A DNA stretch of 59,217 nt from the NCBI GenBank assembly GCA_002104905.1, contig MCFE01000552.1, positions 1 through 59,217 on the forward strand. The letters run 5' to 3'. Below the pieces are notes generated by a model. That model did no database searches and was not told the DNA's origin. It saw only the letters and a list, made by a program, of their open reading frames with translations. Made by a program: the position numbers and the translations under genes. Source of the DNA: Basidiobolus meristosporus CBS 931.73. Its lineage: Eukaryota > Fungi > Basidiobolomycota. The first letter of the stretch is position 1. Each line of letters opens with the position of its first letter. Shown here piece after piece: positions 36,001 to 48,545 of this stretch.

Positions 36001-39000
36001 AAGTTGACTTATATTCCATCATATCTGGAAGCCAATATAAGTAACTTAAATGAAGAAACACCAATGCTTTGGCACAGGAGATTTGGACACATCAATTTTG
36101 ATCATTTGCGTAAAATGATCAAAGATCAGCTAATTTCTGGAGTGAAAATTGATCCCCCAGCTAATTTGGAGCACTGCAAAGCCTGCATATATGGGAAACA
36201 AGCCAGACAACTGTTCAAGAGCTGTGGGTTAATCAAAACTAAGAAAAAATTGGATCTTATTCACTCAGATCTGTGTGGACCTATGCAAAATTTATCCTTA
36301 GGTGGATGAAGTATTCAGTCACTTTTATTGATGATTATACAAGACACACATGGGTCTACTTCATGGAGATAAAGGAAGAAGCTCTGTCTAAGTTCTGGGA
36401 GTTTAAAGCCATGGTGGAGAGAGAAACTGGTGAAAAAATCAAGAAAATAGGCTCTGACAATGGTGGAGAATATACCTCAAAACTCTTCATCCACTGCTGC
36501 AAAATTCATGGGATAAAGCAAGAAGCTACTGTACCATAATCCCCACAGCAAAATGGAGTAGCAGAACAAGCTAACAGATCAATAATTGATATGGCAAGAT
36601 CTATGATCCATGATCAAAAATTATCCTATGAATTTTGGGCTGAATCAGTCACCACTGCTGTATACCTTAAAAATAGGAGTTATAACAGAATACTTTGTGA
36701 TTCTACTCCATTTAAAGCATGGTATGGATACAGACCAAGTGCAGTACATCTAAGAATATTTGGGTGTACAGCATATACCAAAAAACTGGCCGGAAATCAG
36801 TCAAAATTTGAGCCAAAAAGTGTAAAATGCATATTTTTGGGCTACTGCAATAAAAGTAAAGCATACAGACTCTACAATACCAAAGCAAAGAAGCTAATCA
36901 AGTCCAGGGATGTGTTGTTTGATGAAAATTCAAAAGTCCCACAAAAAAAGACATCAGATGATGACAAAAATTTGATCTCAAGTCCACCAATTGTCAGGAT
37001 TGAATCAGAGCAAAACAATTAAGATTTTCTCACTCCAGAGGACTCTATAAACATGGTTCAGCCAGAATCAGTGCCTAGGAATATACCAGAAGTGATCATT
37101 CCAGTATTAAATGCCCAGAGATCCAATGGGATAAGAAATAGCCCAAATTACTATATCAATGAGGGTACAAACTTAGCCTATGCCTATTCAGTCCATATTG
37201 ATGAGCCCCAGACTGTAAAAGAGGCCCTAAATAGCCCGCAGACAAAGTTTTGGAGATCTGCAATGACTGAGGAATATCATGCCCAGATGGAAATCAAACT
37301 TGGGACTTAGTCAAATTACCAATCAACCAAGAATCAATTGGATACAGATGGGTCTTCAAGACAAAACACAAGGATGATGGTACAATTGAAAGATACAAAG
37401 CAAGACTTGTAGCCAAAGGATACTCTCAAACAAAAGGACTTGACTACACTGAGACCTTTGCACTGGTAGCCAAGTTTAATTCCATCAGATTAATATTGGC
37501 TATTACAGCCAAATATAAGTTTTTATTCATCGAATGGATGTAAAGACTGCATTTTTGAATGGAGAACTTGATGAGGACATGTATATGGACCAGCCTGATG
37601 GGTTTGTTGACCAAGATAACCCCCATTTGGTCTGCAAGCTTAAAAAGTAACTATATGGTCTCAAACATTCACCAAGAGCCTAGAATTGCAAGATAGATTC
37701 TTAATTGGAATCTTTGAGTTTCAAAAGAAGTAATGCTGACTATAGTATACACTGTAAGCCAGATAGAGCAAATCCAATTCTATTAGCTCTATATGTGAAT
37801 GATCTTATTATAGCCGCCAATAACCTAGAAACATTGGAAAAGACTAAATCCAGCCTATCTAAGGAGTTCAAGATGTCTGATTTAGGAGAACTTAGTTACT
37901 ACTTAGGGATTTAGTTCTCCATAGACAGAAGTACCCAGACTATTACCCTAAGCCAATCCAAGTATATTCAAGATATACTAAAGAAGTACAAAATGGAAGA
38001 CTGTAAACTGGCAGCTACCCCAATGGAGACAAACCTTAACTTGGTCAAAACTCAACTAAATCAAGAGAGCTTGGTGCCATCTGAAAGCCCTGACTTTCCT
38101 TATCAATCTATGGTTGGCAGTCTGATGTATATCATGCTTGGAACATGTCCAGATATCTCATAATCAGTAGGAGTTGTCAGCCAATATAATCAGAACTATG
38201 GATCTGATCATATTGCAGCAGTTAAGCGGATTTTTAGATACCTAAAAGGAACTGATGATATCTGCTTACAATACACTTATAAGGATTTGGAACAGGATCT
38301 TGTGGGATACTCTGATGCTGATTGGGGATGAAATTTGGAAGACAGAAGATCCACCACAGGATACACCTTTCTTTACTGTAAAGGAGTAATATCACAGAAT
38401 TCAAGAAAGCAACCAACCGTAGCACTTTCCACCACAGAAGCAGAGTATATGGCAGCCTTTGAAGCTACAAAAGAAGCAATGTGGTTAAGAAAGCTTTTTA
38501 CAGATTTAGGCCTATGTCAAAAAACTCCTATTACTTTATTTCAAGATAGTCAAGGATGTATTCAATTAGGTAGAAATCCAACTTTTCATGCTAGAACCAA
38601 GCACATAGATATTAGACATCATTTCATATGTGAAGCTATAGAGAATAACTTGGTTATCTTAGTTTACTGTCCTGCAGATGAAATGATTGCAGACATATTT
38701 ACCAAATCATTAGCTAGAGACAAGTTTGAATATCTTAGGTCAAAATTAGGACTAGTTGGTATGAACATTTAGCTGAGTGGGAGTGTTGTAAAAATTTGTA
38801 TTTCCACCTAAATATTCACCTAACTTAGTCACTTAGATCATCACCTTCAAATCCTAGAGAATACTGACCAAAATTCCATGTTGGGATTTACTTAGAATAT
38901 TTTCACCAAAATACCAAGTACCTAGAACATGAAAATTCTCAAAGTTGTCCAAACAGCCCCAAACTTTGCACACATGCTCTTGGGACCATTCTTAGCCTAT

Positions 39001-39290
39001 TCTATGTGTTTGTAATGCTAAGACCAGGTAAAAGTATAAATACTGCTTTTGCATTCAATAAATCATTAAGTGAAAACCACATAATCTACTTGTTCTCTCA
39101 ATCACTTTCAGTATCTCCAAGACTCTTACAACACTTTTGGGACCTTCTAAAGCTAATGCCATGTGTTTGTTATGCCAAGAGCATGTAAAAGTATGAACAC
39201 TACTTCTACATTCAATGAATCACTGAGTGAAAACCACATTATCTTCTTATTCTCCAAATCACGTCCAATATCTCTAAGACTCTTGCAACA
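33090..39290 (+). mobile_element. Older Copia-B0 (RT-RH plus 3' LTR) whose LTR was split by Copia-B2
   Basis: RT/RH remnants at 33096-34240. The 3' LTR starts at 34255, is interrupted at 34451 and resumes at 39139-39290 after the CTTTT TSD. Confidence 0.85.
34452..39133 (+). mobile_element. Full-length Copia-B2
   Basis: 349-bp LTRs 34452-34800 and 38784-39133; TSD CTTTT; PBS GGTTATGAGCCC. gag with CNYCKRKGHTSDRC, integrase (HSDLCGP, SDNGGEY, WAES), RT and RH with several stops and frameshifts. Confidence 0.96.
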
Positions 39291-39970
39291 ACATCTAATG
39301 CCTTCCAGGCACTCTTGACCATTTTGCTCTTGAGCATTGAATCAGCAATTTGTCTCTAACATTAAGGTAAATGCAGTCAAAGCCACTTTGATTTCTTGTC
39401 TGGTACTTTCATGCATCTTCTCCCATGCTACTAGGGGGGCATTATTCTTCCATAACAATATCCCAAAGGCCACATTCTGTTATGAATAGATATTCCTGTA
39501 GGAACATCTTCAGCTTCACCCTCCAGACTTGGTAGTTAGATCCATCTAACTTTTCTGCAGAGGGAAAAATTCCAGTAATAGGAGCCATGGCATTGCAGAG
39601 AGCAATAGCTTGGAGCTTGTAGCCTGTTGTAAGAGTCTTGGGGATATTGTAAGTGTCCTGGAGAAAAAGTGGATAATTTGGCTTTCACTTGACAATTGAT
39701 TGAATGGAAAAGCAGTGTTTATAATTTTACATAGCCCTTACAAAAAAATATGCAGAATATGCATAAAAGGGCCCAAGAATATGTGTGCAAGGCTTGGGGC
39801 TGTTTGGACACCTTTGCAAAATCCATGCACCAGATACCTGCTGTTTTGGTACAGATATTCTAAGTAAATCCCAATAAGGAATTTGGTTGGAATTGTTTAA
39901 GACTTGTGGGAAATGATCTAATTGTCCAAGTTAGGTGAATACTGAGGTGGATTTACAAGCTTTTGCAACA
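39291..39970 (-). mobile_element. Diverged Copia-B 5' LTR (39625-39970) plus gag start; an LTR 3'-end stub follows on + at 39971-40021
   Basis: Reverse complement aligns to the Copia-B LTR, a decayed PBS and gag (...EKLDGSNYQVW...). Confidence 0.8.
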
Positions 39971-40134
39971 TAAACTACTTGTTCTCCCAATCATTTCCAA
40001 ATCTTCAAAACTCTTACAACACAGGAGATTCCCAAATGGAAAGCATGGTTCTATATTTGCAATGTACCAAGCAAAAGGAGTGGAGTAAGCCATGCTACAA
40101 ACTCATCTGGAGCACAGTCCACAACTCTTAGAAC

Positions 40135-43100
40135 TGTTGTAAAAACTTGTATTTCCACCTAAATATTCACCTAACTTAGTCACTTAGATCATTACCTTCA
40201 AATCCTAGAGAATACTGACCAAATTCCTTGTTGGGATTTACTTAGAATATTTTCACTAAAATACCAAGTACCTAGAACATGGAAATTCTCAAAGTTATCT
40301 AAACAGCCCCAAACTTTGCACACATGCTCTTGGGACCTTCCTTAATCTATTCTACGTGTTTGTAATGCCAAGACCAGGTAAAAGTATAAAAACTACTTTT
40401 ACATTCAGTAAATCATTAAGTGAAAACCACATAATCTACTTGTCCCCCCAATCACTTCCAATATCTCCAAGATGCTTACAACAGGTTATGCGCCCCAAGC
40501 TGTCACTCTCTGCAATGTCTACTACTGCTATTACTGGAATTTTCCCCTCTGCTGAAAAGTTGGATGGCTCTAACTACCAAGTGTGGAAGGTGAAGATAAA
40601 GATGCTGCTACAAGAAAGAGGCCTTTGGGATATTGTCATGGGAGGAGAATGCCCTCCTAAAAACGTGGAAGAGGAAGCCTTAAAGTACCAGAAGAAAGAA
40701 CAAAGTGCCTTTAACTGCATTTGCCTTAATGTCAAGGACATTTGCTAACTCAATGCTCAAGAGCAAAAACGGCAAAGAATGCCTGGAAAGCATTAGAAGA
40801 CACCTACCAGTCATGTTCAGCTGCCAAGAAAATGTATCTGAGACAAAAATTCTTTACTACAAAGATGCTGCCAGGAGAAGAAATGAAAAATCTAATTAAC
40901 AGAATTACCCTGGTGGTAGATGAGATGGAATCTGTGGGTGTACCAACTACTGATGAGGATGTGATAGTTACCATCCTGAATAGCCTGACATATGAGTTTC
41001 AGGGCCTTGTATCAGCCCTAGAGTCCAGAACTGAAGATTTGACCTTAAATTACGTATATGGAAGGCTCCTGGATGAAGAATTAAGAAAATCAAGCACCAA
41101 TAAGAAGGAAGAAGAAAATGCTTTAATAAGCAATGATAACCAACAAAGGAGGTACCCAAGACCCAACAAAGGCAACAGCAACCTATTTTGCAACTACTGA
41201 AAAAGGAAAGGACACACATCAGACCGGTGTCTCAAATAGAGAGATTATCAGCAAAAGAAGCCTGAATATGGAAATGCTGCAACAACTGAAGATAGACTAT
41301 TCATATCTGCACTAAATATGACCACAAACAATGATTCTCAGATGTGGTATATTGACTCTGGAGCTTCTCAACACTTTACACACCAAAAAGAACTTTTTAC
41401 CCAATATCAAGAAATTCCACTTAAAAGGTTTTCATGGGCAACAATAGAACACTTGATGCAGTGGGAGAAGGAACTATCCAAGTAAACCTTAGAAGCAGTG
41501 AAGGAAGCTATACACTGACCTTTAAAGAAGTACTCTATGTACCAGAAATAGCCAAGTACCTACTCTCTGTAAGCAAGGCCACAGCAGAAGGACTTAGTTT
41601 CAGTTTTGACAATTCTGGATGCAGGATCACTGATCAAAATGGTGCCCATATTGCTTTGGGCATCAGAGATCAGAATCTATACAAGTTGACTTATATTCCA
41701 TCATATCTGGAAGCCAATATAAGTAACTTAAATGAAGAAACACCAATGCTTTGGCACAGGAGATTTGGACACATCAATTTTGATCATTTGCGTAAAATGA
41801 TCAAAGATCAGCTAATTTCTGGAGTGAAAATTGATCCCCCAGCTAATTTGGAGCACTGCAAAGCCTGCATATATGGGAAACAAGCCAGACAACCGTTCAA
41901 GAGCTCTGGGTTAATCAAAACTAAGAAAAAATTGGATCTTATTCACTCAGATCTGTGTGGACCTATGCAAAATTTATCCTTAGGCGGGATGAAGTATTCA
42001 GTCACTTTTATTGATGATTATACAAGATACACATGGGTCTACTTCATGGAGAGAAAGGAAGAAGCTCTGTCTAAGTTTGGGGAGTTTAAAGCCATGGTGG
42101 AGAGAGAAACTGGTGAAAAAATCAAGAAAATACGCTCTGACTATGGTGGAGAATATACCTCAAAACTCTTCATCCACTGCTGCAAAATTCATGGGATAAA
42201 GCAAGAAACTACTGTACCATACTCCCCACAGCAAAATGGAGTAGCAGAGCAAGCTAACGGATCAATAATTGATATGGCAAGATCTATGATCCATGATCAA
42301 AAATTATCCTATGATTTTTGGGCGGAATCAGTTGCCACTGCTGTATATCTTAAAAATAGGAGTTATAACAGAATACTTTGTGATTCTACTCCATTTGAAG
42401 CATGGTATGGATACAGACCAAGTGCAGAACATCTAAGAATATTTGGGTGTACAGCATATGCCAAAAAACTGGCCGGAAATCAGTCAAAACTTGAGCAAAA
42501 AAGTTTAAATGCATATTTTTGGGCTACTGCAATGAGTGAGGAATATCAGGCCCTGATGGAAAATCAAACTTGGGACTTAGTCAAATTACCAATCAACCAA
42601 AAATCAATTGGATGCAGGTGGGTCTTCAAGACAAAATACAAGGCTGATGGTACAATTGAAAGATACAAAGCAAGACTTGTAGCCAAAGGATACTCTCAAA
42701 CAAAAGGACTTGACTATACTGAGACCTTTGCACCGGTAGCCAAGTTTAATTCCATCAGATTAATATTGGCTATTGCAGCAAAATATAAGTTTTTTATTCA
42801 TCAAATGGATGTAAAAACTGCATTTTTGAATGGAGAACTTGATGAGGACATGTATATGGACCAGCCTGATGGGTTTGTTGACCAAGATAACCCCCATTTG
42901 GTCTGCAAGCTTAAAAAGTCACTATATGGTCTCAAACAATCACCAAGAGCCTGGAATTGCAAGATAGATTCTTATCTGGAATCTTTGAGTTTCAAAAGAA
43001 GTAATGCTGACTATAGTATATACTATAAGCCAGATAGAGCAAATCCAGTTCTATTAGCTCTATATGTTGATGATCTTATTATAGCCGCCAATAACCTAGA

Positions 43101-44403
43101 AACATTGTAAGAGACTAAATCCAGCCTATCTAAGGAGTTCAAGATGTCTGATCTAGGAGAACTTAGTTACTACTTAGGGATTAAGTTCTCCATAGACAGA
43201 AGTACCCAGACTATTACCCTAAGTCAGTCCAAGTATATTCAAGATATACTAAAGAAGTACCAAATGGAAGACTGTAAACCGGCAGCTACCCCAATGGACA
43301 CAAACCTTAACTTGGTCAAAACTCAACTAAATCAAGAGAGCTTGGTGCCATCTGAAAGCCCTGACTTTCCTTATCAATCTATGGCCGGCAGTCTGATGTA
43401 TATCATGCTTGGAACATGTCCAGATATCTTGTATTCAGTGGGAGTTGTCAGCCAACATAATCAGAACTATGGATCTGATCATATTGCAGCAGTTAAGCGG
43501 ATTTTTAGATACCTAAAAGGAACTGCTGATATTTGCTTAAGATACACTTATATGGACTCAGAACAAGATCTTGTGGGATACTCTGATGCAGATTGGGGAC
43601 AAAATTTAGAAGACAGAAGATCCACCACAGGATACACCTTTCTTTACTGTAAAGGAGCAATTTCATGGAATTCAAGAGAGTAACCAACCATAGCACTTTC
43701 CACCACAGAGGCAGAGTATATGGCAGCCTGTGAGGCTACAAAAGAAGCAATGTGGTTAAGAAAGCTTTTTACAGATTTAGGCTTATGTCAAAAAATGCCT
43801 ATTACTTTATTTCAAGATAATCAAGGATGTATACAATTAGGTAGAAATCCAACTTTTCATGCTAGAACCAAGCACATATATATTAGACATCATTTCATAT
43901 GTGAAGCTATAGAGAATAACTTAGCTAGCTTAGCTTACTGTCCTACAGATGAAATTAATGCAGACATATTTATCAAACCATTAGCTAGAGACAAGTTTGA
44001 ATATCCTAGGTCAAAATTAGGACTAGTCAGTATGAACATTTAGCTGAGTGGGAGTGTTGTAAAAATTTGTATTTCCACCTAAATATTCACCTAACTTAGT
44101 TACTTAGATCATTACCTTCAGATCCTAGAGAATACTGACCAAATTCCTTGTCGGGATTTACTTAAAATATATTCACCAAAATACCAGGTACCCAGAACAT
44201 GAGAATTCTCAAAGTTGTCCAAACAGCCCCAAACTTTGCACACATGTTCTTGGGACCTTCCTCAATCTATTCTACGTGTTTGTAATGCCAAGACCAGGTA
44301 AAAGTATAAATACTACTTTTACATTCAGTAAATCATTAAGTGAAAACCACATAATCTACTTGTCCTCCCAATCACTTCCAATATCTCCAAGACTCTTACA
44401 ACA
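40135..44403 (+). mobile_element. Copia-B3 (internal deletion derivative)
   Basis: 349-bp LTRs 40135-40483 and 44055-44403, about 19 differences by eye; TSD AGAAC. pol ORF 41434-43110 fuses the integrase core to RT. Confidence 0.96.
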
Positions 44404-44419
44404 AGAACATCTGCCCAAG

Positions 44420-44675
44420 ATCTTTATTTGGATTTATTTGGAAAATTATACTAAAATATGTGGTATTCAGGATATGAGAAATATCAGAGCTGTGCAATGA
44501 GCAACAAGCTTTGTGTACATGTACTTAGGACATTCCTAAGCATATCTCATGATATTTCTTGAAACAAACATTTAATTCTTAAATACCTTTTTCTACACAA
44601 TATATCATTAAGTGAGAAATGTATTACCAATTTGTTATATCAATCAACTCCAATATCATCAAGACTGTAACAATG
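44420..44675 (+). repeat. Highly diverged Copia-B-like LTR remnant
   Basis: Colinear similarity to the Copia-B LTR (ggatttatttggaaaatt...tcattaagtgagaaa...caagactgtaacaa). Confidence 0.55.
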
Positions 44676-44689
44676 TTTTGCAATTATCC

Positions 44690-45052
44690 AAGTGACACTC
44701 AGGTCAAAAGTGGTAGTAACAGGGCATATGCTTACAAGAAGTAGGTGCTCTAAACAATACAAGGCATACAGCAACCTTACAAGTATTACACTGAAAAACT
44801 AACAATCTCAGGTGTTACAAGTATGTCAGTGGCAGTAGGTGAGTGCATATGCTCGGATTGATAAGCAAGAGGCCAAAGTATTCTTTGGTTCAAAATGTAA
44901 GCGGAGTACCCATGGTAGTAGCGGGTAAAATGATAAAGAGGAATGATTTCATAGTACAATACATAAAGGGTATGGGGGAGGCAAAAAGGTGTTTTGATAG
45001 TGTCTTGGTGGGATCCCGAGGGTCTGATCCGGATTGCATTATTTTCATAGGG
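44690..45052 (+). mobile_element. Diverged CMC right end (copy C5) that closes the TE block
   Basis: Homologous to 32390-32680. Ends attattttcataggg at 45052, immediately followed by CpG-rich unique DNA. Confidence 0.7.
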
Positions 45053-47486
45053 AACGGCAGCCTACTGTAGCACTTTCAATAGAGAAGCTTGAAAATTGCA
45101 TAATGCTGTATCACCAAGTGGAATCCAAATTCTTGGGATATGAATAAAGAACCTATTCTATAAATGCCAGTTTACAAGAATGATTATATATATGCTTTTA
45201 GGGTTTGAAGATGCGTCCAGAGTTCGGAGGCTTTGGATCAATTTGGAGCTGCTGCTCATTCCTAGGACATCTATAGTCCTAAGAATTCACCTTGCATGTC
45301 TTCCGGGCCATAGATCAATGGAAACTGGATTGAAAATTCAACCATGCAAATGTGTTAAAGAAAGTCAAGGTGAAGTGCGGGCAGAGCCTGGGGTATTCCC
45401 CAATAGCTCCAAGTATTTGGACAAAATCACCGATGGCTTGTACCAAAATGACGAGATATAATGTGATGATACATGAATGATTTGGAGCGATCGAATTATT
45501 CACAGTCAAATATGGCCCTATATGAGTCCCCAATTCCTCTTGTGTTGTTTGGCTGACGAAGAATGGTTGCTCAAAGTTTGCAAAGGCTCCCGCATAGGAA
45601 TAACGATCCTAGATTCATTACACATTCTTGAAACCATTCCCCTGATGTAGAGAGAGGTTTGGGATACTTCACAAGGAGCAACGAAATTGAGGACTTCGAG
45701 CCTTTACATTTCGTAAGAAACCTCCACCGTGTAAGACGGGATTCAGCTCCAGAATGGCTCACTAAATATCATTGCTATGTTGACAGTTTTGGGAATCGTC
45801 AGGTGGATCGGCCAGTCCAAATTCAGCTTCATCTACTAATTAGGAAATGATGAGATATGAAGCATCAGGTGCCGCACAAAACACTTGCTGCATGAGAATG
45901 GAGCCACCACGGAGTTTGAGAACAGGTTTGCTGATCATTCTAAGAAAGCACAAGCGCTGGAAACTGTGCAGAACGTCCAAACAACTTGACGATTATATGT
46001 TGGGTTGTGAAGTATGTCTTCAATGCAATGGGTTGGGGAGTTTGGTTTCGACGCTCACAAATCCGGATAAGGTAAGGTTGTCCCAAAAGGGAATAAATTG
46101 CTGTATGATGACAGGCCCATGCCCTCAGTAAAGCTTGGCAATGAAATGATTATTTTAGCATTCAGCCATTCAGCCGATGGAAACAAGGATTAGGAGATAT
46201 TTGATGAGTGTTCGACTAGAACTTCATAGTCATCGAACACCCCTCCGGTGTGTGTATGTCCAAATCAACCTTAAGCGCACGATGGAGACCGACATATCAC
46301 AGGGGATGGTTCATAATAGCGTATGCGAGAACTCTTGTTTACCTTCGTGAAATTCGAAGGACTGTCCCCATGGCATATCAGACCATCAAGAGAAGGGAGA
46401 ACAAGGGGTAGAGCAATGAACGGACTCGGGACCCTGAATATTCCACTAATCAAGCCGAAAACAGTCGGTGCGTAAAGTTTATTTTTCAGAATGGGAATGC
46501 CACGTACGCTCTAGACAAACTCATGATTGTCCGCACTACCACCCACACCAATCAACCCTCCAAGGCTTGTTAAGTCAATAATTACCGATGATAATGGTAA
46601 CAGCGCTCTCATAGGTGTCTGGAGGGACGTTGGTGGTAATCATTTCTTAATTTAAAACGCATCAGCATGTGTTACCAGGGCCGATTCAGGCAAAAGTGCC
46701 ATTTCAAAATAGGGCCCATCCACTGATTACATGGCGCATGAGAACACCGTTGTGCGAATGGAAGTTCCGGGTTTCGTGGGTCGCCCTTCCCCAGGTCTCG
46801 AAGGAAGATGGTTTAGGAAACGCTGAATATTCATCGAACTTTCCGTCGGTCGCACCGCCGAAAGAACAGGGCCCAAATCAGAGGATTTTTATCAAAGCCC
46901 TTTCCTTTTTCTACGGTTTGGGTTTGAAACCGAATTCAACAATTAGGTTTGTCCAAACCACCACACCACCACACCGCCAAAATAACCTGGATCTCCGTGG
47001 TTATGGCATTTAAGGTATTGGTCCCCTGTACTGCTCATTTATCCAATAGAGGCATCGCTTGTTCGGGAAATATTGCATTTTAAATCATCACAGTGTCAAT
47101 CGCACCCAGGGATTGGTCCAAGTTCGGCCATCGCGAAGCTTCGTTGAAAACACGCGATGGATCAATTGGCTATTTCGCCTGATCGACACCAGCTGACACT
47201 AACTTCATTTACAATCAAATAGGAATCATTTCACGGTACAAATAGACGATTAATTGATTCTGGAACATCTCAAATACCAACTTTATCTTAAACCGTTTTG
47301 CTAGGTCCAGTTTTGGTAAATTGCCAAAGTAATTTTTCTTAAAACATATGATAACTAGCGCCAGATGCCACACCCTCGATAATGCTTAAAAGGACGCTTC
47401 TTTCCTAGCCGAATAGCTCATAACTAGTTCTAATCACTCTTCGCCACTCCTGCTCATTCCCTCGACTCCTCCTCTATTTGGCTAGT

Positions 47487-48545
47487 ATGAGCTTTCCCGC
47501 TAACTCTGCAAATAGTCCCACACAGTATATTCAAGCCACCCATAGTACCTCACTGCCAGCAGTGAATTATATGCAAACCGCCACTCCACCCCCTCCAGTC
47601 AACAACATGAACTCGATAAGCAGTCCAGCCTCAGCCAAGCCGCCAGCCGACAAGAACTCGCTACAAAGCAAAATCATCAGTCGAAAACTGAAAGGCTACC
47701 TATTTGAAGACTCCATCCGCGAGTTCAACCCGGAGAAGCTGTACAAAACCAAAGAATCCCGCAAGCGGGAGATATACAAGGTCCAAGGGGTGAATCTTCT
47801 GAACCGCGACGATATCGACAGCAAAACCGCCATCGAACGGCTGCAGAAGAGAAGAGCCCAGCATAACCGTGTTGAGCGTAGAAGACGCGATATGATCAAC
47901 AGCGCGATCGAAGAATTGTCCGAGATCATTCCCAACGCACAACAAGACAAATTCGCCCGGAGTAACGTACTTCGTCTAGCCATCGAGTACATCAAGGAGC
48001 TTCAGGTAGAGGCTCATAACTTACGCAGCGAAAATGAAACCTTGAAAAACCCACAAACACTAGTGCCCCGCCTTGATCCCTCCAAAAAGCCGCCCACCAT
48101 CATCGTAAACTCGAATGGTCAGAACACTTCCCAATTCCAGCCTACTCTATCGGCTGGCTGGGTGCAGGAGCCAAAGGCCCCTTTTACAGCGTCCTATGGG
48201 CTTCCTGCCAGTCCAGGCGATCAAATACACATGACTTCGCCTACAGGATACCCCTCGCCATCGTCAGCCAGCTATTTTGATAAGCCTCGACACCTTTCTC
48301 TTCCTAGCCAATTTTACTCGCACCCTTCTACCCCACCGATATCTATGGGCCAGGCAACCATTGATTCCCAGCCTGATAGCATGATGCACAACCACTACCA
48401 CACTCGGCATATGTCCATTCCCAACGTTTCATTACCAAACCCCGGCCTGGCCCCACCCATGCCAGCACATAGTGGATTTCATTCAGCACCTTCCTCACCA
48501 AGTGATGCCTCGCAGCATCGTCATTCAAGCTACTTTTCGCAGTAG
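47487..48545 (+). CDS. bHLH-ZIP transcription factor (USF/Cbf1/MITF-like), single exon
   Basis: RRAQHNRVERRRRDMINSAIEELSEIIP...SNVLRLAIEYIKELQ followed by a zipper; Pro/Ser-rich C-terminus. First ATG at 47487. Confidence 0.92.
   Translation: MSFPANSANSPTQYIQATHSTSLPAVNYMQTATPPPPVNNMNSISSPASAKPPADKNSLQSKIISRKLKGYLFEDSIREFNPEKLYKTKESRKREIYKVQGVNLLNRDDIDSKTAIERLQKRRAQHNRVERRRRDMINSAIEELSEIIPNAQQDKFARSNVLRLAIEYIKELQVEAHNLRSENETLKNPQTLVPRLDPSKKPPTIIVNSNGQNTSQFQPTLSAGWVQEPKAPFTASYGLPASPGDQIHMTSPTGYPSPSSASYFDKPRHLSLPSQFYSHPSTPPISMGQATIDSQPDSMMHNHYHTRHMSIPNVSLPNPGLAPPMPAHSGFHSAPSSPSDASQHRHSSYFSQ

Noticed and set aside
39291-39295. ACATC after the B0 LTR, identical to the B1 TSD, as a copia target preference
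   Set aside because: The other TSDs (CTTTT, AGAAC) differ and no matching left flank exists for B0, so this is likely coincidence.
14230-44403. Regularly recurring ~349-bp repeats as a CRISPR-like or satellite array
   Set aside because: All are copia LTRs with TG...CA ends, PBS/PPT and TSDs.
46669-47013. 114-aa ORF upstream of the bHLH gene; also 53889-54242 and 57523-57741
   Set aside because: No motifs and non-ATG or weak starts; they lie in probable promoter or intergenic DNA. 57523-57741 could be a small exon but I cannot support it.
47696-47995. Antisense ORFs over the bHLH, copper-fist, NDH, cyclin and AVT genes
   Set aside because: Shadow frames of well-supported genes on the other strand.
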